Assembly: GCA_046758365.1 (NCBI GenBank)
Contig: JBHIAC010000085.1
Coordinates: forward strand, 1 to 14,250
Direction: 5' to 3'
Origin: a bacterium
GTDB lineage: Bacteria; Zhuqueibacterota; Zhuqueibacteria; Oceanimicrobiales; Oceanimicrobiaceae
DNA: 14,250 nucleotides
In this document: positions 1 to 7,780 of the stretch, in pieces
Position numbering within the stretch: the stretch's first letter is position 1
Layout: each line of letters begins with the position of its first letter
Notes under the pieces: generated by a model
The model's database searches: none
What the model was told of the DNA's origin: nothing
Seen by the model: the letters and a program-made list of their open reading frames with translations, nothing else
Translations under genes and position numbers: made by a program

Positions 1-471
1 TATGAGATAGTCAATATCATCCTGTAGGGTTTGCTGGTAGAAAACTTGACCTGCTTGTGTTTCCAAATCTTTTAGAATTTTTTTATCGGCCTCAGCCAAT
101 CCTTTAATTGTAATCTCGTTTATTATTAGTTGATCGCCCTCATCTACCCGCAAAGTCACATCCACTCGTGAAGAATCTTTACTGTAGTTAAAATTTACCG
201 TATTAAATTTTGCAAAATAATAACCACGTTCTGAAAATCGTTGTAAAACTTCCGAGCAGCGCTGACGGACATCTTGCTCTGAGACAAAATCTCCTTCTCG
301 AAATTTAAACCAGTTTCGTATTTCGTGATTGCTAATTTTTTTACTACCCACAACCTGAAGCTGGTCTAATTTTACTTTTAAGGAATTTCTGTTTTGAGGC
401 AAAAGCTCGGACCAGGTAACGCCAAATAAAACTAAAATCGTTAAAGCAAATGTTTTAATGATTATATTCAT
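1..471 (-). CDS. Omp85 (BamA/TamA-like) family outer-membrane protein, N-terminal part with signal peptide and POTRA domains; truncated by window edge
   Basis: Not in the ORF track; translated by hand from ATG at 471, open for 157 codons to the edge: MNIIIKTFALTILVLFGVTWSELLPQ...KLDQLQVVGSKKISNHEIRNWFKFREGDFVSEQDVRQRCSEVLQRFSERGYYFAKF...SSRVDVTLRVDEGDQLIINEITIKG...GQVFYQQTLQDDIDYLI. It has a hydrophobic signal peptide and POTRA signatures (V-G-x-K-K-I, GY-x-F-A, V-D-V-T-L-x-V-D-E-G, I-x-E-I-T-I-K-G). Starts 10 nt after the stop of the 1151-aa gene. Confidence 0.85.
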   Translation of the reverse strand, partial: MNIIIKTFALTILVLFGVTWSELLPQNRNSLKVKLDQLQVVGSKKISNHEIRNWFKFREGDFVSEQDVRQRCSEVLQRFSERGYYFAKFNTVNFNYSKDSSRVDVTLRVDEGDQLIINEITIKGLAEADKKILKDLETQAGQVFYQQTLQDDIDYLI

Positions 472-481
472 AATTTTAAAA

Positions 482-3400
482 CTAAAAAAATGCCCGCATT
501 TCCATCTTAGCAATATGCTGGATCTTGGGTCGATCAGGCTCGCTGCGACCGATGTAACTCAAAGACGACTGTACATTTCGTGAAATCCGATAATCAAAAC
601 CAAAATTCCATCGTAAAGAAGTCCCTGCCCGATTGCCATCGGCTAATTCGAAAGGTATCACTCTATTTTTTGGTGAAACAATCAGCCTAGTCCATTCAAT
701 TTCACCACGAAATCTCCCTTGCCTGCTTAAAGAATAATTTGACCGTGGCTTAAACGAAATGAGATTCGCCTTGGTAGCCGGGTTTTGAATAATATCTCTA
801 TTGAGACTAATTAGGCTTTTCAATCCGAACTCTAAGCGCCGCTTTGGACGGTAAACCAAATCAATAGATAATTCATTGGATCTAACTTTCCGATCCTCAC
901 GGGTAATCGATTTAAAAAGTCGATCTTCTTTAGTATGTAGGAATTCGATTTGGGAACTTATTTGATTAGAAAATTGATATAACAATCTAATAGACTGTTC
1001 TCGCAAATCTCTATCTTGTCCACCTTCAATAAATTGGTTATTCTTTTCGGTTCTATTTCGGTACCGATAGCGCAAAGATAATTTTCTGCTGTTTTCCCAA
1101 AGGTGTACATCCTGGCGGAACTCAATGCTACCAAAGATTGTCGTGGTATCTTGTTGAAAATAAGATAAATTTAAAAGGTAAATTTTTGCCACATCTCGCT
1201 CACGGGTTTTTTCATCTATTCGAACAAAAGTCTCTGTTGTGATCGGGCTTAGAACTTTTTCCAAAAAGCCTTTGGGTTTAGATTTGTCTTGACTTGATTT
1301 AAAAAATCGCCAGGGCATCAGCCTTAAATCGGCTCTAGCTCTTAATTCAATTACCGGGATAAATTCATCGGTAGTAATAATTCGTCGCACAAAGTTTCCA
1401 AAAGGATCAGGCTCAAATTCATTTAACTCTTCATTAAACCGGAAGTTACCCTTACCTTCCTCCACTTGCAAAAAAATTTCCTGCTGTTGCGCCACCTGAG
1501 TATTTGAAATCTGATAATACAAATTAGTTCTCACACCTGCTTTCCTGGGTGCATATCTAATCCGTAAGTCCGCTAAATCCGTCCGAGTATCTTGCACGCT
1601 GCTATCAGCAAAATTCCTTTCCCGATGCGTATAGGAGGTTGTGGCAGAGATAGCTTTCCAATTTTTAAGAGACCAGGTAAAGGATTGGGTTTTGGCCTCA
1701 GACTTGGGTAAAAATCTTTCATTTTCTCTATCTTGATCATTTCTATAATTATATCTAAAAATGGCGGACATAGATTTCCAAGGGGTAAATTCCAAGCCCG
1801 CTGTATAGGAATCAAAACGAAATCCTGTTTGGCTGCTGTCGTTTTGAGAGTCTCGTCTGATTTCTCCTTCATAATCTAATATTGGCTTGATTTTCTTTAA
1901 GTCAAAATCAGCATGACCTCGCTGTCGCAGCCATGAACTTTTCTGACTATATTTTTTATCATCTTTATCTATAAATTCCACAAAGTAATCAAACTTCGGC
2001 AAATTCTTTTTGTTTAAAATGGTTTGGACTTCCCAACGGTTCGACTGAAATGAAGAAGTTTTGGACAAACGTCCTAACCCGCCTCTCATTGAAAAACCTT
2101 GAATGGGCGAGTAGGCTCCCTGCAATTCCCCAATGGTTTCCTCAAAAGTTACCTCGGAACTTGAAATATTCCAGCGTCGATTAAATTCAGCTATGGTAGT
2201 TCGATCGATATCCCGAAAGTTCGGGCTTTTTCTTCTCAGTCTTGCTCCAAATTTTAATTGTCCTAAATTAATTCCCCTCAATAAAAGCTTTTCTGGTTGA
2301 AAATTTAGCTTTATGTTGTAAGCTGTTCCTTGGTTATCATCATCATCTTTTGATGAATAAAGATTGCCGTCGAATTGGCTAAACGCTAATTCGCTTTTAA
2401 TATTAAAAGACGAGGCGGGCGTAAAGTCAAAATTAAATCCGACGATATCGTGCCGCTGAGCCTTGGGTAAGATAACAAAAGAGCGATAACTGCCTTGATT
2501 TTCACCAACGTATTCGAATCTTCCGAATCCAATATTACGATAATCCCCTTTATTTTCGCCGAAAAAAGAAAAGGAAACATTGTAGTTACCAGATTCAGGA
2601 CCAACATACACAAAAACGCCTGTAGAGTCCATAATGTAATTTCCACTATCTTCACCCACAAAAGTCCAACCAGGAACCACGGCCAAACTATCGCCTGCAA
2701 CTTCAAGACTTTTGAGAAATTCATCATTTAGGTTAATACTGAGGGGATTATCTTTATCATCGCTTTCACGAATGATAGTAGTACCAAATTTAATTTTATC
2801 GCCAAACATTTTAGATTTACCGCGAAAGCCCCAAAGATTTCGTTGAAAACTTTCATCAGAATATTGAAAATCCGCCGTAATGCGGGAATCAGCGGTAATC
2901 AATCGATGGCGAGTAAACGTGATTTGACCATTGCCATATTCGATGACGTAGTCATTATTTTCCCCTCGGGTCATTAACTCTCCATCCACCCAAACTCGTT
3001 CTGTACCAGCCAATACAATAATGTTTATCTGCCCTTCGGCTCCTTGTAATTGATACGGTCCTTGGTTTCCTTCTTGACCCAAAAATTCATTAGTAGTGAA
3101 CTTACCCCGAGAAACAGCTCCTGATAGGGTTACTTCCCAATTTTGAAATTCTGCTTTTCCCATAACTCCTTGCAACTTCCTGCTGTATTGGCTAAACTCA
3201 GTACCTGCCAAATTTAAATTATAATCCCCTAATGTAGCTCGTAAATTAGGCCCATTAATTTGTACAAAAACCTTATCGATTTCCTGCAGCGTTTGCGTAT
3301 TACCTTCGGGTTGGATGGGGGTATTCTGGTCTGTTAAAGAAGCCACCACATCAACTTTATCTGCCAAACGCCCTGATATTTGCATGCGCAGTCCTGAATC

Positions 3401-3937
3401 TACTCGAAGGCCTTGATTGGTGCCCACAGATATCCCCCGGGTAATGCTTCCATTTTTTCTTAATTGAGAAGCAAACAGATCTTGAGAACTTAGTTTTGAG
3501 GTAGGCGTCCTAACAATCTTTGGGGTAGAGTTATTTTTTTCTTCCTCTTTTGCTACAATGAGCTCTCTTCTGAAATAATTTCTTTTTAATGAAAAAGGGA
3601 ACTTATGGTACTGAATCCTTATTGCTACACCAGAAGGAAAATGCTTTTTTAGCTGTATTATGCCGGCTAAATAATCAATAGAATAGTCTTCTCCCCTAAC
3701 AAGCTTTACAGTGTCGGCCCAAACTAATTCCGAATCTGGTATCAGAAGACTATCGGACAACTGAAATTGCAGCTTTAGACTGTCTGCGATAAAGGTTGTT
3801 TCACGCTCGTATAAAGAAATGGATTCCGGCAGTCGATTATTCGTTTGAGAAGATAAGAAAGTGGGTATCACCAGGAAAAGCAAAGCTAAAACGCTTTCCT
3901 GCAGAATTTTAAACGATGTTTTTTGAGGTACGGTCAC
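482..3937 (-). CDS. Large (1151 aa) conserved hypothetical outer-membrane beta-barrel protein with SprA-like N-terminal motifs
   Basis: Long ORF with GTG start and signal-peptide-like segment (SVLALLFLVIPTFLSSQ). The C-terminal half is rich in alternating amphipathic strands, and the protein ends in a BAM beta-signal-like MEMRAFF. Two copies of a G/D-S/T-E-x-V-W-x-D...RG..DY-x-I-[DE]-Y..G-x-I motif. The coding call is solid; the function is not. Confidence 0.75.
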   Translation of the reverse strand: MTVPQKTSFKILQESVLALLFLVIPTFLSSQTNNRLPESISLYERETTFIADSLKLQFQLSDSLLIPDSELVWADTVKLVRGEDYSIDYLAGIIQLKKHFPSGVAIRIQYHKFPFSLKRNYFRRELIVAKEEEKNNSTPKIVRTPTSKLSSQDLFASQLRKNGSITRGISVGTNQGLRVDSGLRMQISGRLADKVDVVASLTDQNTPIQPEGNTQTLQEIDKVFVQINGPNLRATLGDYNLNLAGTEFSQYSRKLQGVMGKAEFQNWEVTLSGAVSRGKFTTNEFLGQEGNQGPYQLQGAEGQINIIVLAGTERVWVDGELMTRGENNDYVIEYGNGQITFTRHRLITADSRITADFQYSDESFQRNLWGFRGKSKMFGDKIKFGTTIIRESDDKDNPLSINLNDEFLKSLEVAGDSLAVVPGWTFVGEDSGNYIMDSTGVFVYVGPESGNYNVSFSFFGENKGDYRNIGFGRFEYVGENQGSYRSFVILPKAQRHDIVGFNFDFTPASSFNIKSELAFSQFDGNLYSSKDDDDNQGTAYNIKLNFQPEKLLLRGINLGQLKFGARLRRKSPNFRDIDRTTIAEFNRRWNISSSEVTFEETIGELQGAYSPIQGFSMRGGLGRLSKTSSFQSNRWEVQTILNKKNLPKFDYFVEFIDKDDKKYSQKSSWLRQRGHADFDLKKIKPILDYEGEIRRDSQNDSSQTGFRFDSYTAGLEFTPWKSMSAIFRYNYRNDQDRENERFLPKSEAKTQSFTWSLKNWKAISATTSYTHRERNFADSSVQDTRTDLADLRIRYAPRKAGVRTNLYYQISNTQVAQQQEIFLQVEEGKGNFRFNEELNEFEPDPFGNFVRRIITTDEFIPVIELRARADLRLMPWRFFKSSQDKSKPKGFLEKVLSPITTETFVRIDEKTRERDVAKIYLLNLSYFQQDTTTIFGSIEFRQDVHLWENSRKLSLRYRYRNRTEKNNQFIEGGQDRDLREQSIRLLYQFSNQISSQIEFLHTKEDRLFKSITREDRKVRSNELSIDLVYRPKRRLEFGLKSLISLNRDIIQNPATKANLISFKPRSNYSLSRQGRFRGEIEWTRLIVSPKNRVIPFELADGNRAGTSLRWNFGFDYRISRNVQSSLSYIGRSEPDRPKIQHIAKMEMRAFF

Positions 3938-4260
3938 AGAATAACGACGAATTTAAATTCTAATTTGGACTTCTTTAATTTATTAAACAAATCTATTAAA
4001 ATATTTCAGAAGTCAATGATTAGAATATTAGATTACAATCTAATTTTTCTAAGATCAAAATTCGTAACAAACTTTAATGTGACTCTCCTCGATAATGGCA
4101 ATTAATTATTATTAGGAAGTTCAGGGATGATGCAAAAAGTTAACCATCTTTTAATCTTAATTAAAATATGTATTTGATTCATTTGTATAACTCATTAATA
4201 ATCAACATAATTTTCATTAAACAAGAAGGTTAGGTTTTGGTTTAATTACCTATTTGCAGT

Positions 4261-5208
4261 TTACTCATAATTAGTTACCAGTTCAGTTAATTCAAAAACC
4301 TGAATTCTGCTGTTATCAGAATCAAGAACATAGATTTGATTTTGAAAAATCGCCACATCTACAGGATTTTTAAAAGCACCTATTTTTTCTCCTTCTTCCC
4401 CCCAAAAATAAATAGGCTCATGTTCAGTGTTAAAAATAACAATACGATTGTTTCCTGAATCCGCCACAAAAAGCTTATTATCCTCTGTCCAGGCCAGTCC
4501 ATTGGGATTATGTAAAATCTTTTTTCCGAATCGGGTTATAAAATTTCCATAATAATCAAAAATCACAATTTGATTTGTCCCCTGATCTGAAACATACAGC
4601 ATATCAGAAGTTGTCACTTCTATTTTAACAGGGTACTCTAGTTGACCATCACCCCAATTATAATCCCCAAAACTTAACACCGGTTCACCAAAAGAATTTA
4701 ACTTTAAGATTCGGTCATTTTCATTGTCACAAATAAAAAGTTCCCCATGCTTGGAAATATCCACACTGCTGGGAAAGCCAAATTGAAGAGAACTGGTAAA
4801 AGTATTTTCTGAGTAAAAGGATGAAATATAGTTTAATTTATTATCGTAGCGCTCAATGCGTTCGTTGTTGTAGTCGGCTATGAATATATCCAGACTGGTT
4901 TTGACCGAAATATCTAAAGGGTTATCAAACTCTTCCTTCTCCCATCCAAATCCCCCCACAGAATAGATAAATTTTCCGTTCTTATCAAACTCTAAAATAC
5001 GGTTGTTCCCGGTGTCTACCAAAAAAACATGACCTTCAGGATCAATTGATAAAGCCTGAGGTTGTGATATTAGCAATCCTCTAATTGGTTCGTCTGGAAA
5101 TGAAAATAAATACTTAACCAGGAAATTACTTTCATCGTTTTGCGTAAAAGCCTGGGATTGGCTAAGGAAGAAAAATATGATGAAACTATAATTTAGAATA
5201 TCCTGCAT
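4261..5208 (-). CDS. NHL-repeat (6-bladed beta-propeller) protein, probably exported
   Basis: About six NHL blades: PQALSIDPEGHVFLVDTGNNRI, PLDISV...IFIADYNNERI, PSSVDISKHGELFICDNENDRI, PVKIEV...LYVSDQGTNQI, PNGLAW...LFVADSGNNRI, PVDVAI...IYVLDSDNSRI. N-terminal hydrophobic stretch ending in SQA (signal peptidase I-like site). Confidence 0.88.
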   Translation of the reverse strand: MQDILNYSFIIFFFLSQSQAFTQNDESNFLVKYLFSFPDEPIRGLLISQPQALSIDPEGHVFLVDTGNNRILEFDKNGKFIYSVGGFGWEKEEFDNPLDISVKTSLDIFIADYNNERIERYDNKLNYISSFYSENTFTSSLQFGFPSSVDISKHGELFICDNENDRILKLNSFGEPVLSFGDYNWGDGQLEYPVKIEVTTSDMLYVSDQGTNQIVIFDYYGNFITRFGKKILHNPNGLAWTEDNKLFVADSGNNRIVIFNTEHEPIYFWGEEGEKIGAFKNPVDVAIFQNQIYVLDSDNSRIQVFELTELVTNYE

Positions 5209-5365
5209 AAATAAACCTTTTAATATATTATTGCTTCGGCATTATCGTTGAACTAAAAAGAATTTATACAATTCATTTCTGTGAGAGTTCTGTTTCTGTG
5301 GCCGTAAAACTGGTATTTGTTAACCCTGTGATTGGCTACGAAACATGGTGTTTAACTCTATAAGA

Positions 5366-5392
5366 ATCAGTGTTATCCGTGTCATCAGTGTT
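5366..5392. repeat. Three tandem imperfect 9-mers (ATCAGTGTT ATCCGTGTC ATCAGTGTT)
   Basis: Read directly; a related single unit ATTCGTGTC lies at 5536..5544. Confidence 0.75.
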
Positions 5393-5516
5393 ACATTGAT
5401 TTATTAAATAAATAGCCCATATAAAATTGCTGATAATCTATCAAGTTGTAGAAGTCCCAAAACTCTGCTATTTCCTCATGATTTTTTAGCTCAGTTATCT
5501 TTTTATCTTCATTCAT
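5391..5516 (-). pseudogene. Truncated CopG-type (BrnA-like) antitoxin fragment, 41 aa
   Basis: Hand translation: MNEDKKITELKNHEEIAEFWDFYNLIDYQQFYMGYLFNKSM*. The N-terminus matches the K-I-P-x-F-K-x-x-E-E-x-A-E-F-W-D-x-H-x-L-x-D-Y pattern of CopG-family antitoxins. The C-terminal ribbon-helix-helix domain is absent. Its ATG overlaps the end of the upstream toxin-like fragment (TATGAATGA). Confidence 0.65.
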
Positions 5517-5640
5517 ATAATTTCTTCTCGTTATCATTCGTGTCACCAGCACTAAAGAGGATATTACCAAATATTTTTGGCTTTTTCAATTACTTTTTGA
5601 AAAAAACAAAATTTAAGTTTCTTCCACTAAGAACTTTGAT
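5509..5640 (-). pseudogene. Degenerate C-terminal half of a BrnT-family (DUF497-like) toxin
   Basis: One frame reads IKVLSGRNLNFVFFKK*LKKPKIFGNILFSAGDTNDNEKKLYE*, resembling the BrnT end G-R-x-L-x-V-x-F...I-I-S-A-R-D-M-x-x-x-E-R/K-K-L-Y. In-frame TAA at 5590..5592; no recognisable N-terminal half. Confidence 0.55.
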
Positions 5641-5702
5641 AGAAGTGAAATGCTAACTTGGAAATGTATTGCCTTGTAAATGCCAGTCACTTTAAGCAAA
5701 AC

Positions 5703-5737
5703 AAAAAAGCCGTTACAATTTTTCAGTGCAACGGCTT
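5703..5737 (-). terminator. Intrinsic terminator after frr
   Basis: Minus strand AAGCCGTTGCA-CTGAAAAAT-TGTAACGGC-TTTTTT: GC-rich stem with one G-U pair plus U-tract, about 40 nt after the frr stop. Confidence 0.85.
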
Positions 5738-5778
5738 CAATTTTTTGCCCCGAATATATGATTTAAGAGGCATCGTGC

Positions 5779-6339
5779 TTAAACCTCCATAATTTCAACC
5801 TCTTTTTTCTGTAAAATTTCATCTACTTGTTTAATATACTTATCAGTAATTTTCTGAACGTCGTCCAAGGCCGTATGACACTGATCTTCGGAGATTTCAT
5901 GATTTTTTTCCTTTTTTTTCAATTGATCATTGGCGTCTCTCCGTATATTCCTTATGACAATTCGGCCTTCCTCCCCCAATTTATGACACAGTCGTACCAA
6001 ATCTTTTCGCCGCTCTTCAGTCAATTGTGGTATTGGAAGCCGAATTACAACACCATCGTTGATAGGAGTTAACCCTAAGTCGGATTTTAAGATGGCTTTT
6101 TCAATTTCACCGATTAAATTCTTTTCCCAAGGTTGAATAGTGAGCAATCGAGCTTCAGGTGTGCTGATACTAGCAACTTGTTTGAGAGGTACGATAGAGC
6201 CGTAATACGGAATTCTAATAGTGTCTAGTAAGGCTGGAGAGGCTTTGCCCGTTCTAATTTTTGTTAATTCAAAACGTGTATTTTCAACGGCCTTTTGCAT
6301 CCGCTCTTCAGTGTCCTTATGAATTTCTTTAATTTCCAT
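5779..6339 (-). CDS. frr: Ribosome recycling factor
   Basis: IRTGKASPALLD, IQPWEK, PQLTEERRKDLV, RNIRRDAN motifs; 186 aa; follows pyrH. Confidence 0.98.
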   Translation of the reverse strand: MEIKEIHKDTEERMQKAVENTRFELTKIRTGKASPALLDTIRIPYYGSIVPLKQVASISTPEARLLTIQPWEKNLIGEIEKAILKSDLGLTPINDGVVIRLPIPQLTEERRKDLVRLCHKLGEEGRIVIRNIRRDANDQLKKKEKNHEISEDQCHTALDDVQKITDKYIKQVDEILQKKEVEIMEV

Positions 6340-6341
6340 AA

Positions 6342-7061
6342 TTATGTACCAAATATTTTAGTTCCTAAAGGCTCACCGGAAACAACTCGCTTTAAATAAC
6401 CATGTTTGGTTATGTTAAATACAATGATCGGTAATTTATTTTCCATGCAAAGCGTAACGGCCGTAGGATCCATGACCTTAAGGCGACGCTTGACTACTTC
6501 CAGATAGGTTAATTCATCAAATTTACTAGCATTTTTATCGATGTTCGGGTCAGCATCGTATACGCCATCCACTTTGGTACCCTTTAGAATGACCGCTGCT
6601 TCGATTTCTACGGCTCTTAAAGCTGCCGCAGTGTCAGTTGTAAAATAGGGATTCCCTGTACCAGCAGCAAAAATAACCACTCTTCCCTTCTCCAAGTGAC
6701 GAATTGCCCGTCTCCTAATAAAGGGTTCAGCCAGCTCTTCCATTTTAATGGCTGTAAGAACACGGGTGTACACTCCACTTCTCTCAAGATAATCTTGCAA
6801 GGCCATAGCATTTATTACGGTCGCCAGCATTCCCATGTAATCTGCAGAGACTCGATCCATACCACGGGCACTCGCAGAAAGTCCACGAAATATATTCCCC
6901 CCCCCGACAATTAAACCTATTTCTACTCCAAGAGCATGAACTTCTTTTATCTCAAGAGCAATATTCTCAACAATTAGCGGATCAATTCCCAATCCTTGTT
7001 GACCCATGAGCGATTCGCCGCTTAGTTTTAATAAGATTCGCTTATAGTATAGTGATTCCAT
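6342..7061 (-). CDS. pyrH: UMP kinase
   Basis: [60 protein letters not shown]. Confidence 0.98.
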   Translation of the reverse strand: MESLYYKRILLKLSGESLMGQQGLGIDPLIVENIALEIKEVHALGVEIGLIVGGGNIFRGLSASARGMDRVSADYMGMLATVINAMALQDYLERSGVYTRVLTAIKMEELAEPFIRRRAIRHLEKGRVVIFAAGTGNPYFTTDTAAALRAVEIEAAVILKGTKVDGVYDADPNIDKNASKFDELTYLEVVKRRLKVMDPTAVTLCMENKLPIIVFNITKHGYLKRVVSGEPLGTKIFGT

Positions 7062-7080
7062 GAGGTTCGTGCAAAGTTGT

Positions 7081-7110
7081 ATTGTAGATGATTTTGTAAT
7101 TTTTAGTCAA
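7081..7110 (-). promoter_or_regulatory. Putative internal sigma70 promoter for pyrH-frr
   Basis: Minus strand TTGACT (7110..7105), 18-nt spacer, TACAAT (7086..7081) in the tsf-pyrH gap. Confidence 0.55.
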
Positions 7111-7138
7111 CATAAGATTCTAAAGATCAGAGAGTAAA

Positions 7139-7732
7139 TTAGGAGCCTAATTGATACCTGACAAATCTTCTAATATTGATATTTTCGCCAGTCTTAGCAA
7201 TAACTTCGGTTAACAATTCTTTTATGTTCTTGCTGGGGTCTTTAATGTAGCTCTGTTCCATTAATACGGTTTCTTGAAAAAATTTTTCTAATTTTCCCTG
7301 TGCAAATCGTTCGATGATTTGATCAGGCTTGCCTTCATTTTTTGCCTGAGATTTGTATATTTCTAACTCTTTCTCTATTTCTTCTTGAGAAAATTCATTT
7401 CTAGTGACAACCTTAGGGTTAGTTGCAGCAATTTGCATGGCAATATCCCGGACAAAACTTTTAAAATCATCGGTTTTAGCCACAAAGTCAGTTTCACAAT
7501 TAACCTCAACCAAAACACCCAAACGACTTCCGGGGTGAATATAGGCATCAATTTTACCTTCATTGGTTTGACGACCGGCTTTTTTTTCAGCCGAGGCTAT
7601 CCCTTTTTTGCGTAGTAATTCAACCGCGGAATCTATATCGCCGTTGGTTTCAACTAAAGCATTTTTACAATCCATAATACCAACGCCGGTAAGTTCTCTT
7701 AATTTTTTAACCAATTCCGCAGAAACTGCCAT
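7139..7732 (-). CDS. tsf: Elongation factor Ts (short form, 197 aa)
   Basis: VKKLRELTGVGIMDCKNAL (UBA-like N-domain), EVNCETDFVAK, ENINIRRFVRYQLG; GGAG SD upstream. Confidence 0.98.
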   Translation of the reverse strand: MAVSAELVKKLRELTGVGIMDCKNALVETNGDIDSAVELLRKKGIASAEKKAGRQTNEGKIDAYIHPGSRLGVLVEVNCETDFVAKTDDFKSFVRDIAMQIAATNPKVVTRNEFSQEEIEKELEIYKSQAKNEGKPDQIIERFAQGKLEKFFQETVLMEQSYIKDPSKNIKELLTEVIAKTGENINIRRFVRYQLGS

Positions 7733-7780
7733 ACTAATTTGTCTCCAATCTACAAATCCTTAAAAGTTTCTTATGATTCA

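Noticed and set aside
1573..2731. Short ORFs nested in the 1151-aa gene (99, 113 and 78 aa)
   Set aside because: Alternative-frame or antisense by-products with no family motifs.
3990..4016. TTGACT...TAGATT as a confident promoter for the large OMP
   Set aside because: The spacer is only 15 nt in very AT-rich DNA; mentioned as context only.
3923..4105. 60-aa plus-strand ORF in the AT-rich gap
   Set aside because: Asn/Ile/Leu composition expected from AT-rich non-coding DNA; it overlaps the OMP start and the putative promoter region.
5276..5544. Short repeats considered as a CRISPR array
   Set aside because: Units are 6-9 nt and tandem, with no spacers and no cas genes.
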